A stretch of 64,000 nucleotides of DNA from Bryobacteraceae bacterium (GTDB taxonomy: Bacteria; Acidobacteriota; Terriglobia; Bryobacterales; Bryobacteraceae). Made by a program: the position numbers and the translations under genes. Positions 1 to 9,541 of the stretch are shown here, piece by piece. Position 1 is the first letter of the stretch. Each line of letters starts with the position of its first letter. The stretch is from the NCBI GenBank assembly GCA_035569875.1, contig DATMMD010000175.1:7654-71653 (forward strand), given 5' to 3'. The notes beneath the pieces are model-generated. The model was not told the DNA's origin, searched no databases, and saw only the letters and a program-made list of their open reading frames with translations.

Positions 1-36
1 GCCGGCGGAGGGTGAACCGAGTGCGCGGGGGCGGTA

Positions 37-76
37 GTTGCAACCGTCCAGAATTAGTTGCAGGTTGCAAGTTGCA
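37..76 (+). repeat. Cluster of four GTTGCA hexamers (starts 37, 57, 65, 71), including the 10-mer AATTAGTTGC (52-61)
   Basis: Read directly from the sequence. The same 10-mer and GTTGC(A/C) motifs recur at 28681-28714 next to the tRNA-Met-derived fragment. Confidence 0.6.
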
Positions 77-408
77 AATTCTGTTTTTCGAGAAAGGACT
101 TTCAGCGTGGCGAAACTGGTTTTACATCTCGCGGTGGATCCAGAAAGCGGTGGGGAACTCACGACCATCGCAACGACGGTCGATCGAGGCGCCATCATGC
201 ACGCGGCCGGCGCCGCCATAAAAGAATCTCAGGACCAGATCATACGGCTCGACCGTGAGGATAGGCTCCTCGGCCAGCTTCAGCGCGGTGAGTGCACGCG
301 CCTGCAGCATGCATTGGAATTGGCACTTCCGGAGTTGCGCACGAGTTCGGCCGCTGCGAACTGACCCTTTATGTTGTTAACCGAATCGAAAGGATAAATC
401 GAACACAA

Positions 409-1320
409 ATGACCACCACCGCGAAAGACCCGGCCGGTCTTCTAGCCCTTGAAGTTCTACTCAGCGACCAGAGAGCCTCCGCACTTAGAGAACTGGCTTC
501 TTCACACATAACCGACGGCGAGGAAGCGTTGGAAAATCTTCTTTCGCAGCGCCCGCTTGCTGATCCGGAAGATATTGCGACCCGCGTGAATGGGCGCGTT
601 CGACAGTTGGATGAGACGATCGCCGCGTGCCGTCGTCGCCGTATGCAAGCGATCAAAAGTATGCACGATCAACTCGCAGCAGAATTGCGCACGGGGGCAA
701 CCCAGCTGTATCACGAGGCCGGACGTTTGCGGGCGGCCGTCATGGAAGCGCTCGATAAGCTGAGTGCTTTGGAAGAGGTCACATTTGACCTCTCCATCTG
801 TCGATTCCAGCGCGTGGGTCCCTGGACGACTGTGCCTGGAAAGTCGCTCGATCAATGTTTCATTGACGAAGCCGTGCCCGATTTTGGACCAGGTGGCATC
901 CGTGGAGGCTATGCCCAACCGCGACACTTCCGGCTCGTCTCAGAGGCTGAGGGCTTGGAGCGAAAGGCTCTCATCGAATCGGAGTTCGTCGTGGTAATGC
1001 ATGGCTCCGAAACATTTGAGTCAATCGATGAATTGCTCCGACAAGTAGCCGGTGATGAAAATCGCATCTGGCCGCCGATCGCTTCGATCAGGGACTGGCT
1101 CGATAACGCGCGTCAAGCTGCACGCGAAAAACTCGGGCCTAAAGCAGACACACGCCATACGCAGATCACTCTCATTTGGAAGGATGGAGATATCGATCGT
1201 GACGTGAGCCGTATCTCCTTACTGCGGCAGAGCGAGGTCTTCGGCATTCACAATCCGACACACGTATCGACGCTAACGGAAGTTGAGAGTGAAATTCATT
1301 CTGTAGGAAGCGGATCTTGA
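409..1320 (+). CDS. Hypothetical protein (phage-element cargo) with a coiled-coil-like N-terminal half
   Basis: Long ORF. I prefer the internal ATG at 409 (MTTTAKDPAG...) over the track start at 292. Its stop overlaps the start of the next ORF (TTGA at 1317-1320). No recognisable motif. Confidence 0.5.
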   Translation: MTTTAKDPAGLLALEVLLSDQRASALRELASSHITDGEEALENLLSQRPLADPEDIATRVNGRVRQLDETIAACRRRRMQAIKSMHDQLAAELRTGATQLYHEAGRLRAAVMEALDKLSALEEVTFDLSICRFQRVGPWTTVPGKSLDQCFIDEAVPDFGPGGIRGGYAQPRHFRLVSEAEGLERKALIESEFVVVMHGSETFESIDELLRQVAGDENRIWPPIASIRDWLDNARQAAREKLGPKADTRHTQITLIWKDGDIDRDVSRISLLRQSEVFGIHNPTHVSTLTEVESEIHSVGSGS

Positions 1321-1856
1321 GCCTACATGGCGAGCGATGGATTCAGCGCGAAGTGCTCGTGGCACTCGCCGGCCCAAGCGCTCAACGGAAAGCCCGTCAA
1401 ACTCTGGCACCGCTGAGCTGGGAGTTAGAGAAAGCCATGCACGAGGCTGGACACAGTGTGATTGCCCTAAAGCTCGATTTGTTTCCCTGGGAGGTTTCCA
1501 TCATTCCAGATCGCGAAATTAAGATCGGAAAAAATGGATACCACCAAGAGGGTCTTGCGCGATACGGTTATGTCCCTCGGGACGAGGTTCCAATAGAAAC
1601 GAAGACCGAAGATCTGAGTAAATCTAGACGCGTGCAGGAGTCTGATCGTCGAACCGCGGCGAGGTACTGCTTGGTTTTGGGGCAATCGTGCTCATGGCGG
1701 GATGGAATGCGGACCTATCGCAAACTTCGGGCAAACACGGATCAGCTGGTTAACAAGTACTGGATCCAGATTGTAGCGCTCGGAGGCGAACTTCGACGGC
1801 ACTGGATACTGGATGATTCCGATATTCGCGAAATCATCGCGCAGGCGGAAACTTAA
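1317..1856 (+). CDS. Stand-alone FtsH-like (peptidase M41-like) zinc metallopeptidase domain protein
   Basis: HEAGH zinc motif followed by ...VSIIPD..., which resembles the FtsH protease core HEAGHA...V.KV(S/T)IIPRG. There is no AAA+ module. TTG start overlaps the upstream stop. Confidence 0.5.
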   Translation: MSLHGERWIQREVLVALAGPSAQRKARQTLAPLSWELEKAMHEAGHSVIALKLDLFPWEVSIIPDREIKIGKNGYHQEGLARYGYVPRDEVPIETKTEDLSKSRRVQESDRRTAARYCLVLGQSCSWRDGMRTYRKLRANTDQLVNKYWIQIVALGGELRRHWILDDSDIREIIAQAET

Positions 1857-1959
1857 TTTGGTCGACCTTGGCCGCTGTGTGGGGGTTTTCCTGGTGTTCT
1901 CCTTCTCCTCCTGCAGCGGCCGTGGGGCAGGGACATCTTTTTGAAACAGGAATAGACTC

Positions 1960-4900
1960 ATGCCAGCTAATACCACACTCGGACTTCTGCTCGAAGCCAA
2001 AACAACCGGCCAGCAGGATCTCGACAAGTTAACCGACGCCCTCAATAAGTTTACCGGCGCGGCCGAGAATTCAGCCAAACGCACCGAGGACGCCAATAAG
2101 AAGGCGTCGGACAGCACGAAGCATTACGCGGATACGATCAAGTCGGCGCTGAGCGAACCCTTCGCGACTGCCAGTCAACAAGCCGAGAAGTTTGCGCTTT
2201 CTCTCGGAAAGATCGGAGGGATCACTGTAGGGGCCGTCGGAGGGATGGTAGCCCTCGGCCTCGGCGCTTTTGAGCTCACGAAGCATTACGCCGAAGCGGC
2301 CAAGCAGACCATTAACTTCTCCGAGCGTTTGGGCATCACGATTACCCAGGCTCAGAAGTTGGGTGCGCAGGCGAGACTATCCGGCGTCGACATCGGAGTC
2401 CTGGAATCGTCGACGCGCATTCTAGCGACGGCTCTTGAGGACTCGACGGGTTCGGGCGCAAAGGCCTATAAAGCTCTACTGCAATTGGGTGTTGCATCCC
2501 GGACATCGAGCGGGGAGTCACGCGAGCTCGGCCAGGTGATGATCGATGTCATCGAAAAGCTGTCCAAGCTCGACGACGTCACCAAGCGCACCGCACTGGG
2601 AGCCGCGATCTTAGGTCGATCGTCGAAAGAGATTCAGCCTTTAATTGAGGAATATCAAAAGACCAAAGAGGCCGTAGATGCATTAGGCGTTGGGATCAGC
2701 GCGAACGGAACTAGGAAACTTGCCGAGCTGCATGAGCAGTTGACCAAAACGGAAATAGCGTTCGACATCTTCAAAAAGAAGATCGCCGAAGGCATCACGC
2801 CCATTATTATTCCGGTCCTGTTGAACTTCAACAGCGGAGGTGTGGCAGGGGTTCTACGTGGTCTCGATGCCCTCACCCCCGCCGGCATTATTTCAAAACG
2901 ATTAGGTCTGGGACGCGGTAAGGGTGACGACTTCCCGTTTAAGAGCCAGACAACACCGATCACTCTGAGTGGGATCGATCTCGAGAAGAGCTTCGCCGAT
3001 CAGCAAGCAGACGTCGCCGCCGGCGCCGCATCAGTAGCGGGCTTTCAGAAACGCTTCCAGTCAGGCAGTCCAGAATTCATCACTTCACAACTTGAGCAGA
3101 ACAAAAGCAAGATCAAAGAACTGCAGGGAATTCTGCTCGATCCCAATGTGGGGAAAGCCGCCAAAGACGCGAAGGATACCGAACTCCGCGCCCTGGATCT
3201 GGAAAACCAGAAGTTGGAACAACGACTGAAGCTGATCCAGAACGCCAAAAAGGCGGAGGAAGAGCTTCTTCATCTCCGCCAAACCGTGGCCGCCAAGACA
3301 TCCGAGACCGGTGTATTGGCCAGATTCGGCGCCGATGTCAGTCTATTCCAACGTGGTGTATTGAGTCCGGAGAGTCTCACGCCGGCACGCAAGCAGTTCC
3401 TGCAGTTCGCTACGCAGCCAGGAGTAACGGAAGGGCAGCAACGCCAGGCCGCCGGCATTTTACAGCCCCAAATCGCCCAGGAAAACATCGAAGCCCTGAA
3501 ACGCTTCCAGGCCGTAGGCAAGAAAGCCCAGGAGGACGAACTAAAGAACCTTCCCGAATTTTATAAAGCGCTGTTCGGTATCCGAGATGAGAAGAATCTG
3601 AATCAGATATTGGAGGAACGCCAGAAAGCAAGGGAGGCCCAGTTCAAGTTCGACATCTCGGAAGACTCCCCCAAGAATCGTGCACGCGCGGCATCTCAGC
3701 CGATTTTCGAACAATCGCTCGCCTTGGATCAAACACTGAGTCAGGGTCGCGCCACCGCTGGAATTCGCCTGGCCGCAATTCGAGGCGGACCGGAGAATCA
3801 ACTCGCGATTATTGCCGCCACGCTCAAAGCCGGCAAGGACGCAGCAGACGAAAAGAATAGATGGGAAGTAGATCTGCTCACCGCGAAATACAAATATGAC
3901 GGAACGCTCGAAGATCGCCTGCAGGAGCAAAGGCTCAAACATGCGCTGGAACTCCAGGACATCGAGATTCAAGCTGTAGAAAAAGTGGCCGAATTACAGA
4001 AACAGCGCACCGATGAAAACAAACAATTCGCGGGTAGCCTATTCGACGCCATCACCGGAGGAACCACAAAACAGTTCCTTAGCGGAATCCTGCACAATAC
4101 GGGAAGAACGGCGTTTGAAAATGTCTTCAGCTCCACTTTAAACGGAGGACGATTTCAAATCCCCGGACAGGGCACGAGCGATAATCCGAATATCCTGGGC
4201 AAGCTTCTTAAGGGAACGCCTTTCGGAATCGACCCCTTGAAGAACGGGCCACTCGATGCGAATACATCGGCGACGAATGCTCTCACGGCCGCCATGGATA
4301 CTATCATTCAACTAATGGGCGGAACGGTACCCGCCGGCGCCAACGTCCCAGGAATTAGCTCCTCAGGAGTCTCCAGCGTTCCGTTAAGCTTCGGTGGATT
4401 CAATATTGCTGGTTTAACCTCGAGTGGCGGGGCGTTCGAACAAGGGATTGGGTCGCTGCTGAATATCGGGAAATCCGGTGCTTCCAATCCGACTTCTATC
4501 TTAGGCTCTGTACTGGGGCTTGCGAAGATCTTTAGCGGATCGGGGCTCTCGAATTCTACGCTGAATCCGGGCGGCATCGGAAATGTGTATCAGTCGGACC
4601 CGAACAATCCATATTCTTCAGCGGGGGTAGCGGCGCCCCAATCCGTCAGGGCCGGTTCGCGTGGAATTGCCGGCCCACTGTTCGATCCGAATAGTACAGA
4701 TGCCCAAAAGGCTGGCTCCGCTATTGCTTCCGTTGGGACGCTCTATGCCGGAGTTCAAGACGCTCTTCATAATTTCAAGCAAGGGGGAGCGCAAGGGGCC
4801 ATTGGAGGAATCGGATCGATCGCTGGCACGGCTTTGGCGTTTGATTTCGATCCGACGGGAATTTCGCAGGCGGTACTCGGGGGCGTAGCTTTGGGCTCGA

Positions 4901-5331
4901 AGATTATCACGTCCATCATCGGAGATCCCAAGGTCAATCGGCAGAATCTGATCAACAAGCGATTGTTCAATGACCAGTTTGCGGCCGCGACATCGGTCAA
5001 TGTCACCGAAAGCACCGGCGGGTCTTATGTGGCCAATGATCGATTCGGGAATATCCAGACTACGGACTTGTCTCCCTATCCAAGCGTCCAAGAGCCCTTT
5101 CTCGATCCCAGCAACAAAGTGAATGTTCCAGGGCGAACGACTCTTCCTTATGGAGGATCGGCAGCTCCGGTGACGATAATTTACGCCCCGACCGTCCCTG
5201 CGCTGGACGGACCCTCCGTTAAGCGAGTCCTAGATACGCACGCTCCGATTATGATGGACGCGATCGCGACGGCGCTCAACCGCGGTCACGGTCAAGGGGT
5301 TTTAAATGTGCTGTCGCAGCGGGGACGATGA
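1960..5331 (+). CDS. Phage tail tape-measure-like protein (1123 aa)
   Basis: Very long ORF. It has an alpha-helical, coiled-coil N-terminal and central region rich in A/K/E/Q, a TMP-core-like segment (GITITQAQKLGAQARLSGVDIGVLESSTRILATAL) and a Gly/Ser-rich C-terminus. Confidence 0.75.
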   Translation: MPANTTLGLLLEAKTTGQQDLDKLTDALNKFTGAAENSAKRTEDANKKASDSTKHYADTIKSALSEPFATASQQAEKFALSLGKIGGITVGAVGGMVALGLGAFELTKHYAEAAKQTINFSERLGITITQAQKLGAQARLSGVDIGVLESSTRILATALEDSTGSGAKAYKALLQLGVASRTSSGESRELGQVMIDVIEKLSKLDDVTKRTALGAAILGRSSKEIQPLIEEYQKTKEAVDALGVGISANGTRKLAELHEQLTKTEIAFDIFKKKIAEGITPIIIPVLLNFNSGGVAGVLRGLDALTPAGIISKRLGLGRGKGDDFPFKSQTTPITLSGIDLEKSFADQQADVAAGAASVAGFQKRFQSGSPEFITSQLEQNKSKIKELQGILLDPNVGKAAKDAKDTELRALDLENQKLEQRLKLIQNAKKAEEELLHLRQTVAAKTSETGVLARFGADVSLFQRGVLSPESLTPARKQFLQFATQPGVTEGQQRQAAGILQPQIAQENIEALKRFQAVGKKAQEDELKNLPEFYKALFGIRDEKNLNQILEERQKAREAQFKFDISEDSPKNRARAASQPIFEQSLALDQTLSQGRATAGIRLAAIRGGPENQLAIIAATLKAGKDAADEKNRWEVDLLTAKYKYDGTLEDRLQEQRLKHALELQDIEIQAVEKVAELQKQRTDENKQFAGSLFDAITGGTTKQFLSGILHNTGRTAFENVFSSTLNGGRFQIPGQGTSDNPNILGKLLKGTPFGIDPLKNGPLDANTSATNALTAAMDTIIQLMGGTVPAGANVPGISSSGVSSVPLSFGGFNIAGLTSSGGAFEQGIGSLLNIGKSGASNPTSILGSVLGLAKIFSGSGLSNSTLNPGGIGNVYQSDPNNPYSSAGVAAPQSVRAGSRGIAGPLFDPNSTDAQKAGSAIASVGTLYAGVQDALHNFKQGGAQGAIGGIGSIAGTALAFDFDPTGISQAVLGGVALGSKIITSIIGDPKVNRQNLINKRLFNDQFAAATSVNVTESTGGSYVANDRFGNIQTTDLSPYPSVQEPFLDPSNKVNVPGRTTLPYGGSAAPVTIIYAPTVPALDGPSVKRVLDTHAPIMMDAIATALNRGHGQGVLNVLSQRGR

Positions 5332-5648
5332 ACCAAGCCACGCCGTCCCGCGCTGTGATCTTAGTTTCCAATCGGAAACAATTTCCGGTTGGCAAATAGA
5401 TGCATCGACCCTCAAAGTCTGAGGGGTTGGTATCACCCAAGCCTCGCCGATCATTCCTAAGAGGCGCTAAAATGGTTGCGCCGGGGCGCGGGGGCGGGCC
5501 GATTAACCAACGGGAAGCACCAAAGTGCGCGATAAAATAGCTTTCATTTTGGCCTCGCAGATCCTTGAACTGATAGAGGAGTCTGGCGTCGATAAAGAAG
5601 ACGCTCGAGCAGCGCTAGCGGGCGCAGTCGCATTAGCGCCACGCTGTC

Positions 5649-5975
5649 TTACTTGTTTTGGGCCTGTGGTTGGCGAGCCTTTGGCAGCTCCTCAATTAAA
5701 ACGATTTCTTTCTGAATCGCCTGAATAACCGCATCGACTCCTTCCTTCGTCCCGATGCTAATTACTCCGCCATCTGGAAACTTGATCTGACACTCTACGT
5801 CTGAGATTCGGTGAATCTCCGCTGCCTGGAAGAGGTTCACCCACGATGTCGAGCCATCCTTCTGGCCGATAGGAAAAAAGAATCGACGTTCCTGGTGAAG
5901 CCTGATACCGGTCAATAGATTTCGGATTTCCACTAACACTTCAAAAGAGATGTCGCGCGTTGGCCCGTAGCTCAT
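5649..5975 (-). CDS. Hypothetical protein (108 aa)
   Basis: ORF translationally coupled to the upstream gene (ATGA overlap at 5972-5975). No known motif. Confidence 0.45.
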   Translation of the reverse strand: MSYGPTRDISFEVLVEIRNLLTGIRLHQERRFFFPIGQKDGSTSWVNLFQAAEIHRISDVECQIKFPDGGVISIGTKEGVDAVIQAIQKEIVLIEELPKARQPQAQNK

Positions 5976-6589
5976 GAGTTTGTCCCCTGATTGACCCTGG
6001 TGACTCTTGCTTGTGCGACGGGCTTGCTGATCACTTCATCCGGTACCGGTTCTTTGGCCGCCTCTTTAAGCGCTTCGATTTCCTCTGAGAACATCCCGCC
6101 GTGGTCGGCTAGCATCTGGCGGGTGATGATTTGGTTGCACTCGAACTCTTGCCGCTCGTTGTCCAAGCCCTTTATGACCTCCAGGGGAGTTCTGCGGTGT
6201 CCTTGCTCGAACAAGAGACATTCCACAGACAGGAACCCGTGGAGCCAGTTCCTAGAGCGCACGACCGCTAGATACTGGGCCAACGACTTATATTCCCTTT
6301 GCTCGATGGCGATCAGATCCTCGCCCTCGGCGAACAGGCAGCCTCCGATGCTGTCAGTCAATGTGCATTCGTTAAAAGCCTCGACGGCCCGGTCCATCAG
6401 TTTCTCAAGATCAAGCTCGTCGCCTTTTTGTTTTTCATCGCCATGAATGGCTATGCCCTCAAAGAAGCGAGTGAGCCAGGGCTTTTGTTGCGGGCTTCGC
6501 ATGAGGTTGAGAATGTGAAGAAGTACTTCGCCTTCTCCATCTGTGATAGCTTCGGCTTCGCGCGTGTGTGCAGTGCTTAAGATTCCCAT
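5972..6589 (-). CDS. Hypothetical protein (205 aa)
   Basis: First gene of a two-gene minus-strand unit. A divergent promoter region at 6590-6710 contains palindromes. No known motif. Confidence 0.5.
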   Translation of the reverse strand: MGILSTAHTREAEAITDGEGEVLLHILNLMRSPQQKPWLTRFFEGIAIHGDEKQKGDELDLEKLMDRAVEAFNECTLTDSIGGCLFAEGEDLIAIEQREYKSLAQYLAVVRSRNWLHGFLSVECLLFEQGHRRTPLEVIKGLDNERQEFECNQIITRQMLADHGGMFSEEIEALKEAAKEPVPDEVISKPVAQARVTRVNQGTNS

Positions 6590-6710
6590 TTGTTTTAGTT
6601 AGCTCCTTTTCGTGTGCCAGACAGGGTCTAGCATAACGCTAGATTCTCAAAGGAGTCAAGAACTTTCTCTTGTATTTCTTGCAAGACGGGGTTAGGCTAT
6701 TTAAATAACA

Positions 6711-6884
6711 GTGAAAACGCTACCAGAAGAGATCAAAGAGATGTTTCGCCGTGAGGGCGCCAAGGGTGGAAAGAAGGGCGGCAAATCTCGCATGGCCAGT
6801 CTGACACCTGAACAGCGGAAGGATCTCGCTAGGAAGGCGGCCGCGGCCCGGTGGAAGAAGGCGAAGAAAGTGGGCCGAACGTGA
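6711..6884 (+). CDS. Small lysine/arginine-rich protein (57 aa, GTG start); absent from the ORF track
   Basis: My own translation: VKTLPEEIKEMFRREGAKGGKKGGKSRMASLTPEQRKDLARKAAAARWKKAKKVGRT. The GGK...LTPEQRK..ARKAA.ARW pattern recurs in small bacterial and phage-associated proteins. Confidence 0.5.
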   Translation: MKTLPEEIKEMFRREGAKGGKKGGKSRMASLTPEQRKDLARKAAAARWKKAKKVGRT

Positions 6885-7070
6885 TCTTTACAAAATTTTA
6901 CAGAGCAACTTCCTGCACTCCCATGCAAGCTGGTGGACACAAAAAGTCCTCTCAAAGCGCACCAGCGTGCATGGAGATAGCACTTGGTGCCAGTGGCAGC
7001 CGGGTGGCAGCCGGCCAGGCTATTGCATGTAAAAGTACATTACCGCAGAATAGTCCACAAAGCACTGGCT

Positions 7071-7271
7071 ATGGCTCCTTCAACCGGCAGGCGGCGAGGT
7101 GGAAGCGCGCGGTTCACCGTTCCCGAACTTGCGAAGTATCTTCAGATCACGATCGACGCTGCGTACATCGGCCTCCGCCGGCATCAAATTCCAGCGCGCA
7201 GAGTAGGACGCCGCTGGATTATCTTCCGACGAGCAATCGAAGAATGGCAAAAATGCGGCACGGGATCATGA
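7071..7271 (+). CDS. Excisionase-family helix-turn-helix DNA-binding protein
   Basis: FTVPELAKYLQITIDAAYIGLRRHQIPARRVGRRWIIFRRAIEEWQ matches the excisionase/MerR-type HTH pattern. I prefer the internal ATG at 7071. The stop overlaps the next start (ATGA at 7268-7271). Confidence 0.6.
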   Translation: MAPSTGRRRGGSARFTVPELAKYLQITIDAAYIGLRRHQIPARRVGRRWIIFRRAIEEWQKCGTGS

Positions 7272-7465
7272 CAGTGAGACCGCGAAAAGAAAAGGCCGGC
7301 GAGCATGCTCAACCGGAAGCGAAAGCGATGGGTACCGCTCGAGCTTTTGGAAACGGGGATGCTGCGCTATCTAATCCAGTCCTGAAATCCTTAATCGATA
7401 ACGTCATCGTGCCTGCTCTGATCGAAGAGTGGAAACGATCTCGAGTTCCTACGATGGCAGCATGA
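7268..7465 (+). CDS. Hypothetical small protein (65 aa)
   Basis: This is the C-terminal part of track ORF 6851-7465. It has ATGA overlaps at both ends (7268-7271 and 7462-7465). No motif. Confidence 0.4.
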   Translation: MTVRPRKEKAGEHAQPEAKAMGTARAFGNGDAALSNPVLKSLIDNVIVPALIEEWKRSRVPTMAA

Positions 7466-7803
7466 CGGTGAAAGCAAAACAGAAACTGATTGAGCGAGAA
7501 CTCACGGAAGCCTATTGGCAAGTGTTGGCGGAGCGTTTGGAACTTGGTTCCTTCAGCGTCCAAGATTGCCTCGATGACTTTAAGAAGCTCTATCCTGCTC
7601 TGTTCGAGAAATACATCCACGCCCTAGCAGATGAGGGCATCAATCTGGGTTTTGAGAAACTGACTCGCGATCCGCGACTTTGGCTTTTTCAACAGCGCAA
7701 GAAGAATAACCCCCAGATGTCGGCGAAGACTTTCCTTAGCGACGCTGGGATAACCGGAACGAGTGACAAAGGCTTTAGCGAGTTCATGGATTCTCGCAAA
7801 TGA
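7462..7803 (+). CDS. Hypothetical protein (113 aa), possible recombination directionality or accessory factor
   Basis: ATGA overlaps with both neighbours place it in one coupled unit with the recombinase. No motif. Confidence 0.45.
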   Translation: MTVKAKQKLIERELTEAYWQVLAERLELGSFSVQDCLDDFKKLYPALFEKYIHALADEGINLGFEKLTRDPRLWLFQQRKKNNPQMSAKTFLSDAGITGTSDKGFSEFMDSRK

Positions 7804-9388
7804 TTCTGCGCTGCGCAATCTACGCTCGATACTCTTCAGACCTCCAAAGTCCAATGTCGATCGCGGACCAGGTGCGCATGTGCCGCGAATATGCGGCTCT
7901 ACAGGGTTGGTCGGTGTTGGAAGAATACATTTACAGCGACGCGGAGCTTTCCGGCGCCGGCGCTGATCGTCCAGGCCTCCAGCGACTTCTCAAATGCACC
8001 CATGAACAGCCCCGCAAGTTCGATGTGATTCTGATCGACGATACAAGCCGATTGTCACGCCGGCAGGCTGATCAGAGCAATATCGTCGATCATCTCCGCT
8101 TCGCAGGAATCCGGCTGATCTCAGTAAGCCAAGGAATCGACAGTGGAAGCGACCAGGGCGACGTCCTGCTTACCGTGCATGGGTTAGTCGACAGCCTATA
8201 CATCAAGGAACTCGCGAAGAAAACTCACCGCGGTTTGGAGGGGCGAGCACTGAGTGGCATGCATACTGGCGGCCGTTGTTTCGGATTCCGAAACGAATCG
8301 AGCCCGGATGGCGTACGTCTGGTCATCGACGATCAGGAGGCCTCCATCGTTCGGCGAATCTTCGAAACTTCTGCCTCCGGAATCTCGCTTAAGGGAATCG
8401 CCAGGATGCTCAACGCTGAACGCGTTCCACCACCACGCGCGAGAAAAGGCCGGGAACATCCTACCTGGTGTCCTACCGCCATACGCGCCATGCTGCGAAA
8501 CGAACTCTACCTGGGAAGGATTCTCTGGAATCGTTCGCAGTTCGTTAAACATCCTGGAACGAATAGACGTGTTAAAAGAGCACGCCCTAAGACCGAATGG
8601 CGAACCGCAGAGCGACCCGAGCTGCAGATCATAAGCGACGATCTTTGGCAGCGAGTACAGGAACGCCTGCGAATCGTGAAGGAGTTATTCGGCCGCGCCG
8701 GCGCCGGAATCAACAAAGCCAGCTCGAGCAATTATCTGCTCAGCGGGTTTCTCAAATGCGGTCTATGCAACGCAAACATGATCATCGTAGCGGGCAAGGG
8801 CAGAAAGACGCTCCGGAAATACTACGGTTGCCCGCAGCACTTTAACCGGGGAGCCTGCATCAATGCCCAGACTATCCGCCAAGACGTGATTGAGCGAAAC
8901 TTCTTCTCCCGACTTCAGCGTGAGGTCCTCACCGATGAAGTGCTTGACTACACGACCGGCGAGTTTGTTCGCCGGCTACAGGAGGTTGGGCCGGATGATG
9001 GGGACAGGATCGTCCGTGACCGCAAAAAGGAAATCGAGCGCGAGTTGCAACGTCTGACGGCCGCGATCGCTGAGGCCGGGCATTCCCGGTATCTGATAGA
9101 AGCCGTCAGCGAGCGTGAGCGCGAATTGGAACGGATCGAAGAGAATCTCCTGATCGCCCGCCGGCAGGACCTGGCGGTCTCACTCCATCACAAGGATATT
9201 CGCGGGTGGATTGCGAGCCGCCTATCAGATCTCTGCGAACTCTTGAAGGTGGACACCGTTCGGGCCCGGGCCGAATTGGCGAAACACACCCTCGGTATCC
9301 GTCTCATTCCGGAAATTGATTCGGCCGGCAAGCCTTCCTACTTTGCAGAAGGTGTCTGGGACCTTCTGGGGACAGGTTTACTTTGCGA

Positions 9389-9410
<22 letters not shown>
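7800..9410 (+). CDS. Large serine recombinase (integrase)
   Basis: Resolvase-type N-terminus (AIYARYSSDLQ with the catalytic Ser region). It continues with a recombinase domain, a Cys-rich zinc-ribbon segment (CGLCNANM...YYGCPQH) and a coiled-coil C-terminus. Total 536 aa. Confidence 0.9.
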
Positions 9411-9465
<55 letters not shown>

Positions 9466-9521
9466 TCGCTATGGTAGCGCAACTGCTTCTGCTCGTCAAA
9501 CTCTTTTCCAAGTGCCAGAAA

Positions 9522-9541
9522 AACTCCCTTTAACTCCCTTT
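9522..9541 (+). repeat. Perfect tandem 10-mer AACTCCCTTT x2 at the 3' end of the integrase pseudogene
   Basis: Read directly. It lies between the tRNA 5' end and the integrase stop codon and is a possible recombinase arm-type site. Confidence 0.5.

Noticed and set aside
38-364. Short ORFs at the window start (38-364 plus, 58-258 plus, 122-310 minus)
   Set aside because: They overlap one another, have no motifs or RBS, and include the GTTGCA repeat / putative att region. I cannot say which of them, if any, is coding.
5409-5425. Hairpin CCCTCA-aagtc-TGAGGG after the tape-measure gene as an intrinsic terminator
   Set aside because: No U-rich tract follows it, and it lies 78 nt after the stop codon. 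This is too weak to call.
5525-5728. 67-aa plus-strand ORF with a GTG start
   Set aside because: Its 3' end overlaps the better-supported minus-strand gene 5649-5975. It has no RBS or motif. It might be real, but I cannot support it.
6701-7465. Track ORFs 6701-6955 (minus) and the full 6851-7465 (plus, 204 aa)
   Set aside because: The minus ORF is antisense to the small basic protein. Only the last 65 codons of the 204-aa ORF fit the ATGA-coupled gene chain. The remainder overlaps the excisionase gene in another frame and is S/R/P-rich.
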